From Sedimentisphaerales bacterium (GTDB lineage: Bacteria > Planctomycetota > Phycisphaerae > Sedimentisphaerales > Anaerobacaceae): a stretch of DNA of 64,000 nt. Position numbers and translations under genes: made by a program. The notes beneath the pieces are model-generated. The model saw nothing but the letters and a program-made list of their open reading frames with translations. It searched no databases and was not told the DNA's origin. Of this stretch, positions 37,969 to 48,177 are shown in pieces. Position 1 is the first letter of the stretch. Each line of letters starts with the position of its first letter. The DNA lies in contig JAXGYC010000007.1 of the NCBI GenBank assembly GCA_040772485.1, positions 1,088,001-1,152,000 on the forward strand. Reading direction: 5' to 3'.

Positions 37969-40602
37969 ATGAACGCAAGGAAAGGACTCGACACAAGGCG
38001 ATCCGTCATCATAGCGATCCTGTTCGGCGCTCTGGTGGCCACCGCGTTCGGCGCCGCCGGCTGCGGCGACCAGATGGCCCGGATGCAGCAGAATCAGGTC
38101 AAGCTTCAGGCCATGGTGGCCGCCAATGCCCGCGAACTGGCCACGCTCTCCTCGCAGGTCCACGTCAGCCAGAGCCGGATCGAGGAGGGCTTCGCCAGCC
38201 TCGAACAGGACATCCGGAACACCGATGCCCGAGTCGCCGCCGTCCAGAGCGAGCAGGCTCAGCTTCACCAGACTGTGGCCGCGAACGACCAGAACATCAA
38301 CGCCAAGCTCACCCAGCTCGCAGATAACCAGGCGTCTTTGCGAGACGGCATAGCCCACGTCGCCGATATCGCACAGCGCACCAATACCACAGTCAGCACG
38401 GTCGCACGAGACCAGGCGACGCTCCATCAGCTCGTGCAAAACAACAAGAAAGAACTCGTCGAGAGCATCACGACCGTCGCGAACAACCAGGAACAGACGC
38501 ACGCCGGGATTCATCAGCTCCAGCAGGCCGACCAGAACCTGGCTAACCTGATCGCCACGGTCACGGCGAAACAGGAGGCGCTGCAGAAGCTGACCGAAGG
38601 AAATCACGAGCAACTGACCGGAAGCCTCGCTGCATTGTCGACCCACCAGAGCCAGTTTCGAGGCGAGATGGGCGATCTCCGCTCGCTCACGCAGACCGTC
38701 GCCGCCGACGTGACGGCGCTGGGCAACGAGCAGGCCGCGCTGCACGACACCGTCAAAGCCAACACCGCCACGCTGGTTGCCGGCCAAGACGCGATTCGAG
38801 ACACTCTCCGGACGAACAACGAAGTCGTCGCCACCGGCTTGACCAACCTGGCGGTCCAACAGCAGGACATCAGCAACAATGTGACGAACCTGCGTGACAA
38901 CTCGGACAAGCTGGCGGCCGACCTGGCAACGGTTGCGTCCGAGCAGACGGCACTACGACAGACGGTCTCCAACAGCACGGAGAACCTCGCCGCAATCGCC
39001 GAAGGCCAGGGCGCCCTTCAGCGCAGCGTGGGCGCACTCGACGCCAGGACCACAACCTTGGCAAGCGATATCTCCTCCGTCTCGCAGCAACTGAGCGCGT
39101 TGGACGAAAACGTCAAGGCCGGCAACGAAACACTCACCTCGCACACTGCCGCACTGGCCGATGGCCAACGGATGATCCAAACCGGCCTGAACACCATGAC
39201 CGCAACGACGAACCAGAGTGCGCTGACCGTCCTGGCCATGGGCAACCGGCAGGGCGAAATGGAACAGGCCATGCAGGCCGGCATCGACAGACTGACAGTC
39301 GAGACGCAGCAGCTTGCCTCGGGGCAGCACAACTTGAACCAGGCCCTGCGTGACCGCAGCGAATCGCTCAGCGATCAACTGGTCGATCTGACCCAGCAGC
39401 AGCAGCAGATGCAGAGCGGCCTGGACACGCTGACCATGACGACGGGACAAGTGGCTCTGGACGTGCTGGCCATCCACGACACGCAGGCCGGCCAGGGTCA
39501 GGCCATCGCGTCTAACCAGCAACAGCTTGTCGCCAAGCTCGACGCAACCGCACAGAACCAGCAGCAGATCCGAGAAGGTCTCGATACGATCACAGCCACC
39601 ACAACCCAGACCGCTCTCGACGTCCTGACCGTCAGTGAAATTCAGGCCGGACAGGCGCAGGCGATCCAGGCCAACCAACAGCAGGTCGTTGCCAGACTCG
39701 ACGCCGCCGCACAGGACCAGCAGCAGATTCGAGACGATCTCGACACGATCACCGCCACCGCGACGCAGACCGCTCTCGACGTCCTGACCATCAGTGAAAT
39801 CCAGGCGGGACAGGCGCAGGCGATCCAGGCCAACCAACAGCAGATCGTTGCCAGACTCGACGCCGCCACACAGGACCAGCAGCAGATTCGAGACAGCCTC
39901 GATACAATCGGTGCAACGACCGCGCAGGTGGCACTGGATGTCCTGGCCGGACGTGATAGCCAGGTGCAGCAGGCCCAGACCTTGCAGGCCGGCCAACAGG
40001 CGATTGCCGCGGAGCTCTCGATAGTGACCGAGGGCCAGCAGCAGGTGCAGGGCCACCTTGAAACCATCACGGCCACGGCGACGCAGGTCGCCCGTGACGT
40101 TGTCCAGGTCGGCGAAAATCAGGGCAAGCTCGAACGAGCCTTCGAAACCAACCGCCAGGAACTGGTCGCCAGACTCACCGAGATCGCCCAAGGCCAGCAG
40201 GAATGGCTGACACGCTTCGACGCCGCACAGGCAAACATCGAAGCGATGGCCACGGGCATCGCTTCGCTCGAACAGCGGGTCATGAAGCTTCAGGGGACCC
40301 TGCAGAGCAGCCTCAACGATCTGAACACCCTGCTCGATGCGAAGTCGCAGCGACAGACCCAATTCGAAGAGACGGTTCGCCAGGATGTGCAATCCCTGGG
40401 CGATTCGCTCGTCCAGTTGAGAGACGCGCAGACCGGCCTGCAAAAGCGAATCCAGGAAATGCAGAGCAGCAGCGAGAGCCAGACCGAGGATCTTCTCTCG
40501 GCCATCGAGCAGTTGCGGCAAAAAACCGACAGCAACAGCGCCCTGGTTCCGGCGGAGATCAAGAGTTCGAAGGCCCAGCCCGAGCAGATCCCACTGCCCT
40601 GA
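37969..40602 (+). CDS. Very long coiled-coil lipoprotein (877 aa)
   Basis: SD GGAAAGG, lipobox AAGC, then Q/A/T/L-rich heptad-like pattern with no Pro until the last ~17 aa. Confidence 0.85.
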   Translation: MNARKGLDTRRSVIIAILFGALVATAFGAAGCGDQMARMQQNQVKLQAMVAANARELATLSSQVHVSQSRIEEGFASLEQDIRNTDARVAAVQSEQAQLHQTVAANDQNINAKLTQLADNQASLRDGIAHVADIAQRTNTTVSTVARDQATLHQLVQNNKKELVESITTVANNQEQTHAGIHQLQQADQNLANLIATVTAKQEALQKLTEGNHEQLTGSLAALSTHQSQFRGEMGDLRSLTQTVAADVTALGNEQAALHDTVKANTATLVAGQDAIRDTLRTNNEVVATGLTNLAVQQQDISNNVTNLRDNSDKLAADLATVASEQTALRQTVSNSTENLAAIAEGQGALQRSVGALDARTTTLASDISSVSQQLSALDENVKAGNETLTSHTAALADGQRMIQTGLNTMTATTNQSALTVLAMGNRQGEMEQAMQAGIDRLTVETQQLASGQHNLNQALRDRSESLSDQLVDLTQQQQQMQSGLDTLTMTTGQVALDVLAIHDTQAGQGQAIASNQQQLVAKLDATAQNQQQIREGLDTITATTTQTALDVLTVSEIQAGQAQAIQANQQQVVARLDAAAQDQQQIRDDLDTITATATQTALDVLTISEIQAGQAQAIQANQQQIVARLDAATQDQQQIRDSLDTIGATTAQVALDVLAGRDSQVQQAQTLQAGQQAIAAELSIVTEGQQQVQGHLETITATATQVARDVVQVGENQGKLERAFETNRQELVARLTEIAQGQQEWLTRFDAAQANIEAMATGIASLEQRVMKLQGTLQSSLNDLNTLLDAKSQRQTQFEETVRQDVQSLGDSLVQLRDAQTGLQKRIQEMQSSSESQTEDLLSAIEQLRQKTDSNSALVPAEIKSSKAQPEQIPLP
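39400..40194 (+). repeat. Intragenic 159-bp (53-aa) tandem repeat, ~5 copies
   Basis: CAGCAGCAGAT(C/T)CGAGA at 39559, 39718 and 39877 (period 159), with degenerate flanking copies. Confidence 0.9.
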
Positions 40603-40635
40603 CCGGCGCACGACATCCCAGGTACGGAACAGTCG

Positions 40636-40670
40636 AGGGGATGGCCCGAAAGCCATCCCCTTTTCTATTT
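40636..40670 (+). terminator. Intrinsic terminator
   Basis: AGGGGATGGC-ccgaaa-GCCATCCCCT followed by TTTCTATTT. Confidence 0.8.
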
Positions 40671-40696
40671 GGTGTTCGGACGGGACTGAGGGCGGA

Positions 40697-41737
40697 CTAC
40701 AACAGCGTGATGCCGGCCGCACGGCACTTGGCGACCATCTCCGCCGGCCAGACGCTGGCGTGAACCTCGCCGACGTGAAGCTTCCGCAGGAAGAACATGC
40801 ACAGTCTCGACTGGCCGATGCCGCCGCCGATGCTCAAGGGCAGATCGCCCGCCAGCAGGCGTTTGTGCCACTCGTACCGCCGCCGCTCCAGGGCCCCGCG
40901 AATCCCCAGTTGCTGCAGCAGGCTGTTCTTATCGACGCGGATCCCCATCGAGCTGATCTCAAACGCCCGGTTCAACAGCGGGTACCACAACAGAATATCG
41001 CCGTTGAGCCCCCGGGTCCGGTCGCTGGTAGGCGTCACCCAATCGTCGTAGTCCGGCGCGCGCCCATCGTGCAGGGTCCCATCGGCCAGCTCGCCCCCGA
41101 TGCCGATGACGAAGACCGCCCCCTGCTCCTGCACGATCCGGTCCTCCCGCTGGCGCGGCCCCAGATCGGGCCAGCGCTCCAATAGCTCTTCGCTGTGCAC
41201 GAAAGCGATCTCCGCCGGCAGCATCGGCTCGATGTGGAGGTACCGCTCGCAGACAACCGCCTCGGTCTGGCGCAGCACCGCGTAGATGGACCGAACGATG
41301 GCCTTTAGAAAGTCCAGGTTTCGATCGCTTTCGCGGATGACGCGTTCCCAGTCCCACTGATCGACGTAAACCGAGTGCAGGTTGTCCAGACACTCCTCGT
41401 CCGGCCGGATGGCGTTCATGTCGGTGTACAGCCCTTCGCCGGGACCGAACCCGTAGTCGGCCAGCACCATCCGTTTCCATTTCGCCAGCGAGAACAGGCA
41501 TTCGGCCTCGCTGTAGCCGTCGTCCTTGATCCGGAACGTGGCCTTGGCTTCGATGCCGTTCAGGTCGTCGTTGACGCCGGAACCCTTCCTCACAAACAGC
41601 GGCGCCGAGACCCGCTGGAGATTCAGCGCCGCCGCCAGGTGGTCCTGGAAGAAGTCCTTGACGAACTTGATGGCCTGCTCCGTCTGCCGCAGGTTCAAAA
41701 TGGGTCGGTACTCACCGTTCAAAATCAGCTCAGGCAT
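40697..41737 (-). CDS. asnA: Aspartate--ammonia ligase (asparagine synthetase A)
   Basis: NDDLNGIE, SLAKWKR, GLYTDMNAIRPDE, HSVYVDQWDWE, HDGRAPDYDDW, SIGGGIGQSRL. Confidence 0.97.
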   Translation of the reverse strand: MPELILNGEYRPILNLRQTEQAIKFVKDFFQDHLAAALNLQRVSAPLFVRKGSGVNDDLNGIEAKATFRIKDDGYSEAECLFSLAKWKRMVLADYGFGPGEGLYTDMNAIRPDEECLDNLHSVYVDQWDWERVIRESDRNLDFLKAIVRSIYAVLRQTEAVVCERYLHIEPMLPAEIAFVHSEELLERWPDLGPRQREDRIVQEQGAVFVIGIGGELADGTLHDGRAPDYDDWVTPTSDRTRGLNGDILLWYPLLNRAFEISSMGIRVDKNSLLQQLGIRGALERRRYEWHKRLLAGDLPLSIGGGIGQSRLCMFFLRKLHVGEVHASVWPAEMVAKCRAAGITLL

Positions 41738-41931
41738 CGAAACCTCCACCTTCTCCAGGGTCGGCCGCCCACCTCCGCAACGGTCTCAGACCTTACCCGC
41801 GGCCCGTCGTCGGGTCAAAACAAAACACGACACCGGCTTGAAAACCGCAAGATGCGACGCAATAATTGCTCAGCGGCAGCGACTACAGAACTATACCGGT
41901 TCCACAGAAACCTCAAATGGGAGACAATCGT

Positions 41932-42705
41932 ATGGCCAGAATCAGTCTTGCCGGCCCGCTCGTTTTTGTCGCGCTTTTTGTCGGATGTTGTGTCAACGTG
42001 GGCAACGACTATCGGGCCAAGGCCCGGCGAACCGACGACTTGACCGTTCCCGTGGCGGACGCGGCCAGCCTGGACATCCGCACCAACTTGGGCACCATCA
42101 CGCTGGTAAGCGCCGACGTCAGCGAGGTACAGGTCACCGCCGAGATCACCGTCAAGGCCAAGACGGAGGAAGAGGCGGAGGCCCTGGTCAACGAGGTGCA
42201 GATCGCGGCCGAGCCCTCCGGCCGGACCCTGGTCATCAAGGCGGAGAAGCCGTCGGACTTCGGCCGCAACCAGTTGGCAGTCGACTTCACCATCACGGCC
42301 CCCGCTCGCCTGGCCCTCGATTGCACTACCAATGTGGGCGACATCCAGGTGACGGGTTTCAGCGATCGCGTGGCCGCCAAGACAGACGTCGGCGCCATCC
42401 GCTGCACCGACCTGCGCGGTGACGCCGATCTTCACACCAATGTGGGCGATATCCATGCGGCGTATGCGGCGGACGCACCGGCCGCCCTCGATATCAGTGC
42501 CACCACCAACGTGGGCAACGTGGACCTCACAGGCCCAACCGAGATGTCCGCACGCCTGGCCGCCACCGTCAACGTCGGCTCCATCGACACCGACCGGCCA
42601 CTGACCATCACGGGGAAGATCCAGAAGTCCATCAAGGCCACCCTTGGCAACGCCGAAGGAGACGTCACGCTCCGCACGAACGTCGGCTCGATCCGCATCC
42701 GGTAG
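41932..42705 (+). CDS. DUF4097-type beta-repeat lipoprotein
   Basis: Lipobox FVGC and repeated T(N/D)VG(D/N/S/A)I strands. Confidence 0.8.
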   Translation: MARISLAGPLVFVALFVGCCVNVGNDYRAKARRTDDLTVPVADAASLDIRTNLGTITLVSADVSEVQVTAEITVKAKTEEEAEALVNEVQIAAEPSGRTLVIKAEKPSDFGRNQLAVDFTITAPARLALDCTTNVGDIQVTGFSDRVAAKTDVGAIRCTDLRGDADLHTNVGDIHAAYAADAPAALDISATTNVGNVDLTGPTEMSARLAATVNVGSIDTDRPLTITGKIQKSIKATLGNAEGDVTLRTNVGSIRIR

Positions 42706-42745
42706 AACCGGGTCGAGACGTTGCCAAACTGAAGGGGCTGCAACC

Positions 42746-43165
42746 ATGACGCGATTGCTGTCGCCTGTCCAGTGCATGATCTTGAATGGGGTCTGGATCG
42801 TGGGATTTGCCTTCCTCGTCCTCTTCCTCGCCCGGGACGGCAACCTGGAATCGCGCAGTATCCCGGCACTCAACATTCTGCTCTTTCTGGGCCCCGCTGG
42901 ATCTGCGGCACTTTGCGATCGGCTGTTGGGACCCCTCCTCGGCGCCTTGGGATTCTCTGCGGGAACGGTCATCGTCGGTATAGTCTGCTTGCTGGGCGTC
43001 CCGTCTGTGAACGTCGATTGGACGCGTATCGTATTCGTTCCACTCGTCTCTCTGGCACATCTTACCATTACCGTCCCGGTGTGGTGGTTGTCTCACCGAT
43101 GTCGACGGCCCAAGGGCACTGGAATGCCCTCTGAGATCGCGCCGCCAGGGAAAGGAACAGAGTAG
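42746..43165 (+). CDS. Small hypothetical membrane protein (~4 TM)
   Basis: Purine-rich GAAGGGG before ATG, four hydrophobic segments. Confidence 0.55.
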   Translation: MTRLLSPVQCMILNGVWIVGFAFLVLFLARDGNLESRSIPALNILLFLGPAGSAALCDRLLGPLLGALGFSAGTVIVGIVCLLGVPSVNVDWTRIVFVPLVSLAHLTITVPVWWLSHRCRRPKGTGMPSEIAPPGKGTE

Positions 43166-43191
43166 GCCCGACACGGCAGAGAATGCTGTCG

Positions 43192-44442
43192 TCACGCGGA
43201 AAACAACAGCGCGGCGGCGAATCCAGCGGCCGCAATGCACAAAGCCGGCGGAAGGACACGGAGGATGATGCGTGACAAAGGTGTGTCGAAGTAGCTGGCC
43301 GACAGCGCCAGGCACAGGTGGATCGGACTGATCGCCAGGCCGAATTGCAGACCCGCAAACGCCAGCGTTTCCAGCCCCAGGTTCGTCTGCCCCCCTTGCG
43401 TGATATAGGCCATCAGGAACGGATAGGTGATCGCCACCGTGCCCATCGTCACGCCCGTGCTGGCCGCCACCAGGAATGGCAGCAGAAACACGATCAAAGC
43501 CACAGGCATGTGGAGCTGGGCAAAGAAGTCCACCACATTGGGGACCGCGCCGCCGGCCTCAAGGTTCAGCTTGAACCACAACGCCCCGAACAGCAGCAGG
43601 ACCATGTCAGGCTCCTTGGCCGCCTTGAAGATGTCGGGCCACCGTCGGACGCTCACGCGATGCAGCAGGAGCAGGCCGAGAATCGCCAGGAAGATCGCGA
43701 TCGCCGGCGGCACATCGAGTACAACGTATAGAATGGCCGTGAATGCGATCGGCCAGAAGGCATGCACGAAATCCTTCGTGTGCGAGCCGAGGCCGGCCCT
43801 GGCCTCCATGTGTCCGCGCTGCCGAGGGGGGATCCCGGCCAGCAGCAGGAACACGATGCCGCTAACGATTCCCGCGGCGGTCAGGACGATGTGATGACCG
43901 AGCAGCCTTCCGGCCGAGACGCCCAGCATGCCCTGGATCAGCGGGATCGCCGGGAACAGCGGCCAGACCGGCTCCCACTGATGGCGAAAGAAGAAGTTGA
44001 TCGCCGCCAGGCGACTGCGGTCGACGCCGATCTTGTCGCCCGCTTCGCGCACCATCGGCGCCGACAGCATGATGCCTCCCGGCGTCGGCAGCATCCCCAT
44101 CATCAGCGGAATTGCCGCCAGCGCCACCCGACGGCTGCGGAAGAGCCCCTGCATGGCCGGCACCAGACGCGACGAGAGCCCGATCTGCCCCATTGCCTCG
44201 CCCACGACGTTGACCAGCAACAGCAGGGAAGTCAGCGACACGAACAGATAAGGAGTCGTCTGTGTCAGCGCCTTGCTCGTCCACTCGTCCACCAACTGCG
44301 CCCACATCGCCTGTGGCGTCACGCCGAGCAGGATCGCCAGCACGCCGGCAGCCACCACCAGCGACAGACCGATCTTGACTCGGAATCGCAGCAGCGCCAC
44401 CAGGACCAGCAACGAGACGAGAATGGCTCCTAACGCATACAT
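43192..44442 (-). CDS. DUF401 family membrane protein (transporter-like)
   Basis: Multi-TM. PLMMGMLPTPGGIMLSAPMV, NFFFRHQWEPVWPLFP, ISPIHLCL. Confidence 0.85.
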   Translation of the reverse strand: MYALGAILVSLLVLVALLRFRVKIGLSLVVAAGVLAILLGVTPQAMWAQLVDEWTSKALTQTTPYLFVSLTSLLLLVNVVGEAMGQIGLSSRLVPAMQGLFRSRRVALAAIPLMMGMLPTPGGIMLSAPMVREAGDKIGVDRSRLAAINFFFRHQWEPVWPLFPAIPLIQGMLGVSAGRLLGHHIVLTAAGIVSGIVFLLLAGIPPRQRGHMEARAGLGSHTKDFVHAFWPIAFTAILYVVLDVPPAIAIFLAILGLLLLHRVSVRRWPDIFKAAKEPDMVLLLFGALWFKLNLEAGGAVPNVVDFFAQLHMPVALIVFLLPFLVAASTGVTMGTVAITYPFLMAYITQGGQTNLGLETLAFAGLQFGLAISPIHLCLALSASYFDTPLSRIILRVLPPALCIAAAGFAAALLFSA

Positions 44443-44607
44443 CGCGGTTTATCTGCGCTCCAGCAAAGCCTTTCAGCACCCGTTCGGACGTCTCCGAAGA
44501 ACCGGGGGATTCTAATCGGTCCGGCCGCTGGGCGAAAGTGTGAATCCGAATGCACAAGGTCCGGACTCGCCTGGAGAGCCTCCCCACTCGAATTGCCGCC
44601 CGTTTCG

Positions 44608-45699
44608 CTATGCCTTCGCAAGGACCGTCGCGTATTCCGACCCTGTGGGGCCGCTGTCCGACAGCGCGGCGCAGGCCTTATCGAGAATCGACGTCTCCAA
44701 CGGGCAGGACAGGTCCGCGGCACTGACGACGCGCAGGAACCAGCTCTTCCTCTCGGAAATGTCGCCGCCTGATTTGAGGACCTCATAGACCTCGTAGAGC
44801 GCCGTGATGTAGACGGCGGAAAGACGAACGGCCTGGTCATAGTGGCTCATGTAATCCGATTCCACGATGTACTCCTGGTACATCTTCGAATCGGCGCCGT
44901 GCTCTTCATACTCCTCAGCGGCCTTCTTGTAGGGTCCAACGGTCCGGCAGGTCCGCAGGACGAGCAGCAGATTGTCCACCGAGCTTTCGATCATCTCCTC
45001 AGCAGGAAATGCGCCGTAGACCTGGACGAATCCCCGCTGGAGGAAATAGCGAAACCATTCCTCCGTGTTTCGCGTGGTGGTGCGTTTCGGGACGCAGTCG
45101 ACCCACCGGTTGAATTTCTGCTCGAAGAAGTCGTATTTCGCTCTGGCCCGGCCTCTCTGCTTGAGCCGCTCGGCGCGGTAGACCTCCTCATACAGAAAGT
45201 AATCCTGAAAGACCTCGCACTCCTGATGCTTCCGGCGGTTCCTGCCGTCCCGGTAGTAGGGCTTGGCGATCCGATTGACCAGCGGATGGATGATCTGATC
45301 GGCCGCGATGTGCGTCAGATGTCCCGCGATGTACGCAAGCTTCCGCGTGTCGTCGTGATCCAGGAGAACCTCGTCCCCTTCATGCACCGCGTCACTGAAC
45401 AACACCTCACAGAGGTTCAGCGGAAACTCGTTCGGTCGACAGGAATGCAGGTGATAGGACCAGGGCGTCACGCCGGCCGCCTGCACGAAGCCGTCCATCA
45501 GCATATCCTTGGCCGACTTGGCGATGTTGGCGTAGTAGTACAGATCCGGTCCGATGCTCCCGAGATTCATGTACGCCTGATAGAGTCGGTCCTTGTCATC
45601 CAGCATCCGCGCGAACGCGGCCAGAGGTTCCACGCCGCTCTCCTGGAGATGTTCGAGCGCCTTGTGGGCAATCACCATGTGAGCGATGCTTGCCGGCAT
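44608..45699 (-). CDS. Zinc-dependent phospholipase C / S1-P1-like family protein
   Basis: N-terminal MPASIAH, GSIGPDLYYY, GHLTHIAADQIIHP, HQECE, SD AAGGAG. Confidence 0.8.
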   Translation of the reverse strand: MPASIAHMVIAHKALEHLQESGVEPLAAFARMLDDKDRLYQAYMNLGSIGPDLYYYANIAKSAKDMLMDGFVQAAGVTPWSYHLHSCRPNEFPLNLCEVLFSDAVHEGDEVLLDHDDTRKLAYIAGHLTHIAADQIIHPLVNRIAKPYYRDGRNRRKHQECEVFQDYFLYEEVYRAERLKQRGRARAKYDFFEQKFNRWVDCVPKRTTTRNTEEWFRYFLQRGFVQVYGAFPAEEMIESSVDNLLLVLRTCRTVGPYKKAAEEYEEHGADSKMYQEYIVESDYMSHYDQAVRLSAVYITALYEVYEVLKSGGDISERKSWFLRVVSAADLSCPLETSILDKACAALSDSGPTGSEYATVLAKA

Positions 45700-45836
45700 C
45701 TTGCTCTCCTTTCGATACTCAGCGGTCCGTCCCCCACTCGGATCTTCTTTCGGACATTTCACGGGGGTTCTGCAATGCAATTGCCTGCGCAGAGGGCGGG
45801 ACTCAGACCGAGAATCGAAGGAGAGGGTGTGGCGGG

Positions 45837-45870
45837 AAAAAGAAAAGGCTCTGCCGCAAAGCAGAGCCTT
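45837..45870 (-). terminator. Intrinsic terminator of the cold-shock gene
   Basis: AAGGCTCTGC/GCAGAGCCTT perfect stem with a T-rich tail on the minus strand. Confidence 0.85.
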
Positions 45871-45895
45871 CCAGACTCTGGAGTCTTGCTGACAA

Positions 45896-46099
45896 TCAGC
45901 CGGGGATCACGTTGGTCGCGCACGGGCCCTTCTTGCCCTGCCCGACCGTGAACTCCACCTTCTGGCCCTCGTCCAGGGTGGCGTAGCCCTCGGTCCTGAT
46001 TTCGGAATGATGCACGAACAGATCGTCGCCGCCATCATCCGGAGTGATGAATCCGTATCCCTTATCCGCGTTGAACCATTTTACCGTGCCTGTACCCAC
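45896..46099 (-). CDS. cspA: Cold-shock protein (CspA family)
   Basis: [39 protein letters not shown]. The symbol denotes the family. Confidence 0.97.
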   Translation of the reverse strand: MGTGTVKWFNADKGYGFITPDDGGDDLFVHHSEIRTEGYATLDEGQKVEFTVGQGKKGPCATNVIPG

Positions 46100-46204
46100 T
46101 TGCTCTTCTCCTTAGGCCCAGCGGGCCTGTAATGCGCTTTCCCTCTGCTTGTGAAAAAGGGGTAGACTTCGAGGGAAGAAAGCATACACCTTCACATGCG
46201 TGCC

Positions 46205-46233
46205 ATGCTATCACCGCAACGTCCTGTGGCCAA
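46205..46233 (-). promoter_or_regulatory. sigma70-like promoter of the csp gene with AT-rich UP region
   Basis: TTGGCC-N17-TAGCAT preceded by T-tracts, giving a ~100-nt leader. Confidence 0.45.
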
Positions 46234-46462
46234 TAAAAATGACACCAAAAAGGGAAAAAAAACAAAGAACCGTTCTCCGCATCCTCCCCGGCGCACTGAA
46301 AGCAGTTCGAGCTCGAATCTCTCCGACCAACTCGTGATCCCCCGCCCTTGCGGGCGTCTCCTGGTGACACGGCCGACCCGGCGCGTCGAACCGCCGGCCA
46401 GAGCAAGGTTGACGCAGCGGCGTTTCCGTGATAGCTTCAGGGTGGCCTTAGGAGATGTAACT

Positions 46463-47359
46463 ATGGAACTATCCTGGATTAACAAGTTGCGCATCGGCGC
46501 GGTGATCGCTCTGGGTGTCGTGATCATCGGCGTTCTCGCCTGGCCTCTGGCGGCTCCGGACGATCCCATGTCTCCCGTCCGGTCGAGCGATATCGGTTTC
46601 GTCGGCACTCTGGTGCTTCTGGCTCTGAGTTTTGCCGTCGGCGCCATCAGTTTCTTCGTAGCCTGGCCTCACGGGCGTGAGATCGGAATTCTCGCGGTGC
46701 CCTTCGGCCTGGCCGCATGGGCTGTTCGTTCCGGCCCCATGATGTCGCTGACCCAATCGCATGCCACCGCTCAGGCAAGGCAGGAGGTTGTCCGGTCCCT
46801 TCTGTTCGAACCGGTCTACTGGCTGCTGATCGTCGCGGCCGGCTTCGCCGGCGTTCTGGTTGCCCGGTGCATCAGTGCCAACCAGGCTTTCGAGGGCGGC
46901 ATCGTCAAGCTTCAGAACTGCCTCAAATCCAATGCCGCGGTTATCGGTCTGCTCGCTCTGGTCGTGGCGGTCCTCCTCTCCAGCTTCTTCATCGGGGTCT
47001 TCGCGCAAGGCCTGCCCACATCGGCCAAGGCCCCGGCCGCACAGCCGCCCCAGGGTCAGATTGTCTTTGCCGCCATCGCGGCCTTCGCCGTGGCCGGGTT
47101 CGTCGTCAAGAAGTTCTTCGATCTGACCTATGCCTGGACCGTCCTGACTACAGCTCTCGTGATCCCTTTTGCCGCCATGGCCTACTACCGATCCGATACG
47201 ATCCAGAAGTTCGCGGAGGCCATGCCGGCGGTGTATTTTCCCCACGCGATCTTCGCCGTCCTGCCCGTGCAGCTTGTGGCCTTCGGGGCCATCGGCTCGG
47301 TGATCGGATACTGGCTGGCAATTCAGTATGACTACTGGCGGCAGCACGGTAGCGACTGA
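46463..47359 (+). CDS. Hypothetical multi-pass membrane protein
   Basis: SD AGGAG, ~8 TM, promoter TTGACG-N17-TAGCTT at 46409-46437. Confidence 0.8.
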   Translation: MELSWINKLRIGAVIALGVVIIGVLAWPLAAPDDPMSPVRSSDIGFVGTLVLLALSFAVGAISFFVAWPHGREIGILAVPFGLAAWAVRSGPMMSLTQSHATAQARQEVVRSLLFEPVYWLLIVAAGFAGVLVARCISANQAFEGGIVKLQNCLKSNAAVIGLLALVVAVLLSSFFIGVFAQGLPTSAKAPAAQPPQGQIVFAAIAAFAVAGFVVKKFFDLTYAWTVLTTALVIPFAAMAYYRSDTIQKFAEAMPAVYFPHAIFAVLPVQLVAFGAIGSVIGYWLAIQYDYWRQHGSD

Positions 47360-47664
47360 TAATCGACAGACAATCCCCTTTTTTCTGCCGTCTCCAATAC
47401 ACGCAACCCCTTGCCTATAAGGCGGTTATATACAAGCCACCCCTTGGACGCCTCCCTGGGGCCAAAGAAAAACAGAATTCTTTGGTTTCGCCCGCCCAAT
47501 TGACCGACATATAGATGTCCTTACCCCCTGTTGGGAGGATACGGGACCGGCGCATGGCTGCGTAGCCAGGGCTGTTTCGCGGCGTGGAGAGTCAACAAAA
47601 CGAACACAGAAATACTACTTTACGTAGGGAACACTGTAAAACCAGCCGACAAAAGGAGTTAACG

Positions 47665-47895
47665 ATGTTGGTTCTGAGCAGACAAAGAGATGAATCCATT
47701 ATGATCGGCGATGACGTCGAGATCACGATCGTCGATGTCCGCGGGGACAAGGTGCGATTGGGCATCAACGCGCCCAAGCACATCCCGGTCCATCGCAGGG
47801 AGATCTACGACGCCATCCAGAAGGAGAAGGCCGAGAAGGCCGAAGGCGGGGAGGCCAAAGGCGCTGAGGAGAAATCCTCACCGAAGGAATCTTGA
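47665..47895 (+). CDS. csrA: Carbon storage regulator CsrA
   Basis: [56 protein letters not shown]. Confidence 0.98.
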   Translation: MLVLSRQRDESIMIGDDVEITIVDVRGDKVRLGINAPKHIPVHRREIYDAIQKEKAEKAEGGEAKGAEEKSSPKES

Positions 47896-47962
47896 GAGTA
47901 TTGCCCCTCTGAGTCTGTTTCCTACCGCATCGCCGCTGCCACACCTCACCTCGGTATCCTAC

Positions 47963-47992
47963 AACCCTCTGGTCCCATAAGAGGGTTTTCTG
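47963..47992 (+). terminator. Probable terminator after csrA
   Basis: AACCCTCT/AGAGGGTT stem with a short T tail. Confidence 0.5.
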
Positions 47993-48177
47993 TCCCCCGG
48001 TTGCTCCGACACCCAATGTCGCGGCGCATTCGCCTTTGATCTGGCCCTTTTGGCTCGCCCGATAATCGCCGAGACGCTCGGCCGAAGTTGGCAACGCCCC
48101 TCTATGGGGTTGCACGAATCCCCGCAGCAGGTATGATCGGATCATCGCGTCATTCATGATAACTCTCATGGCAAAGG

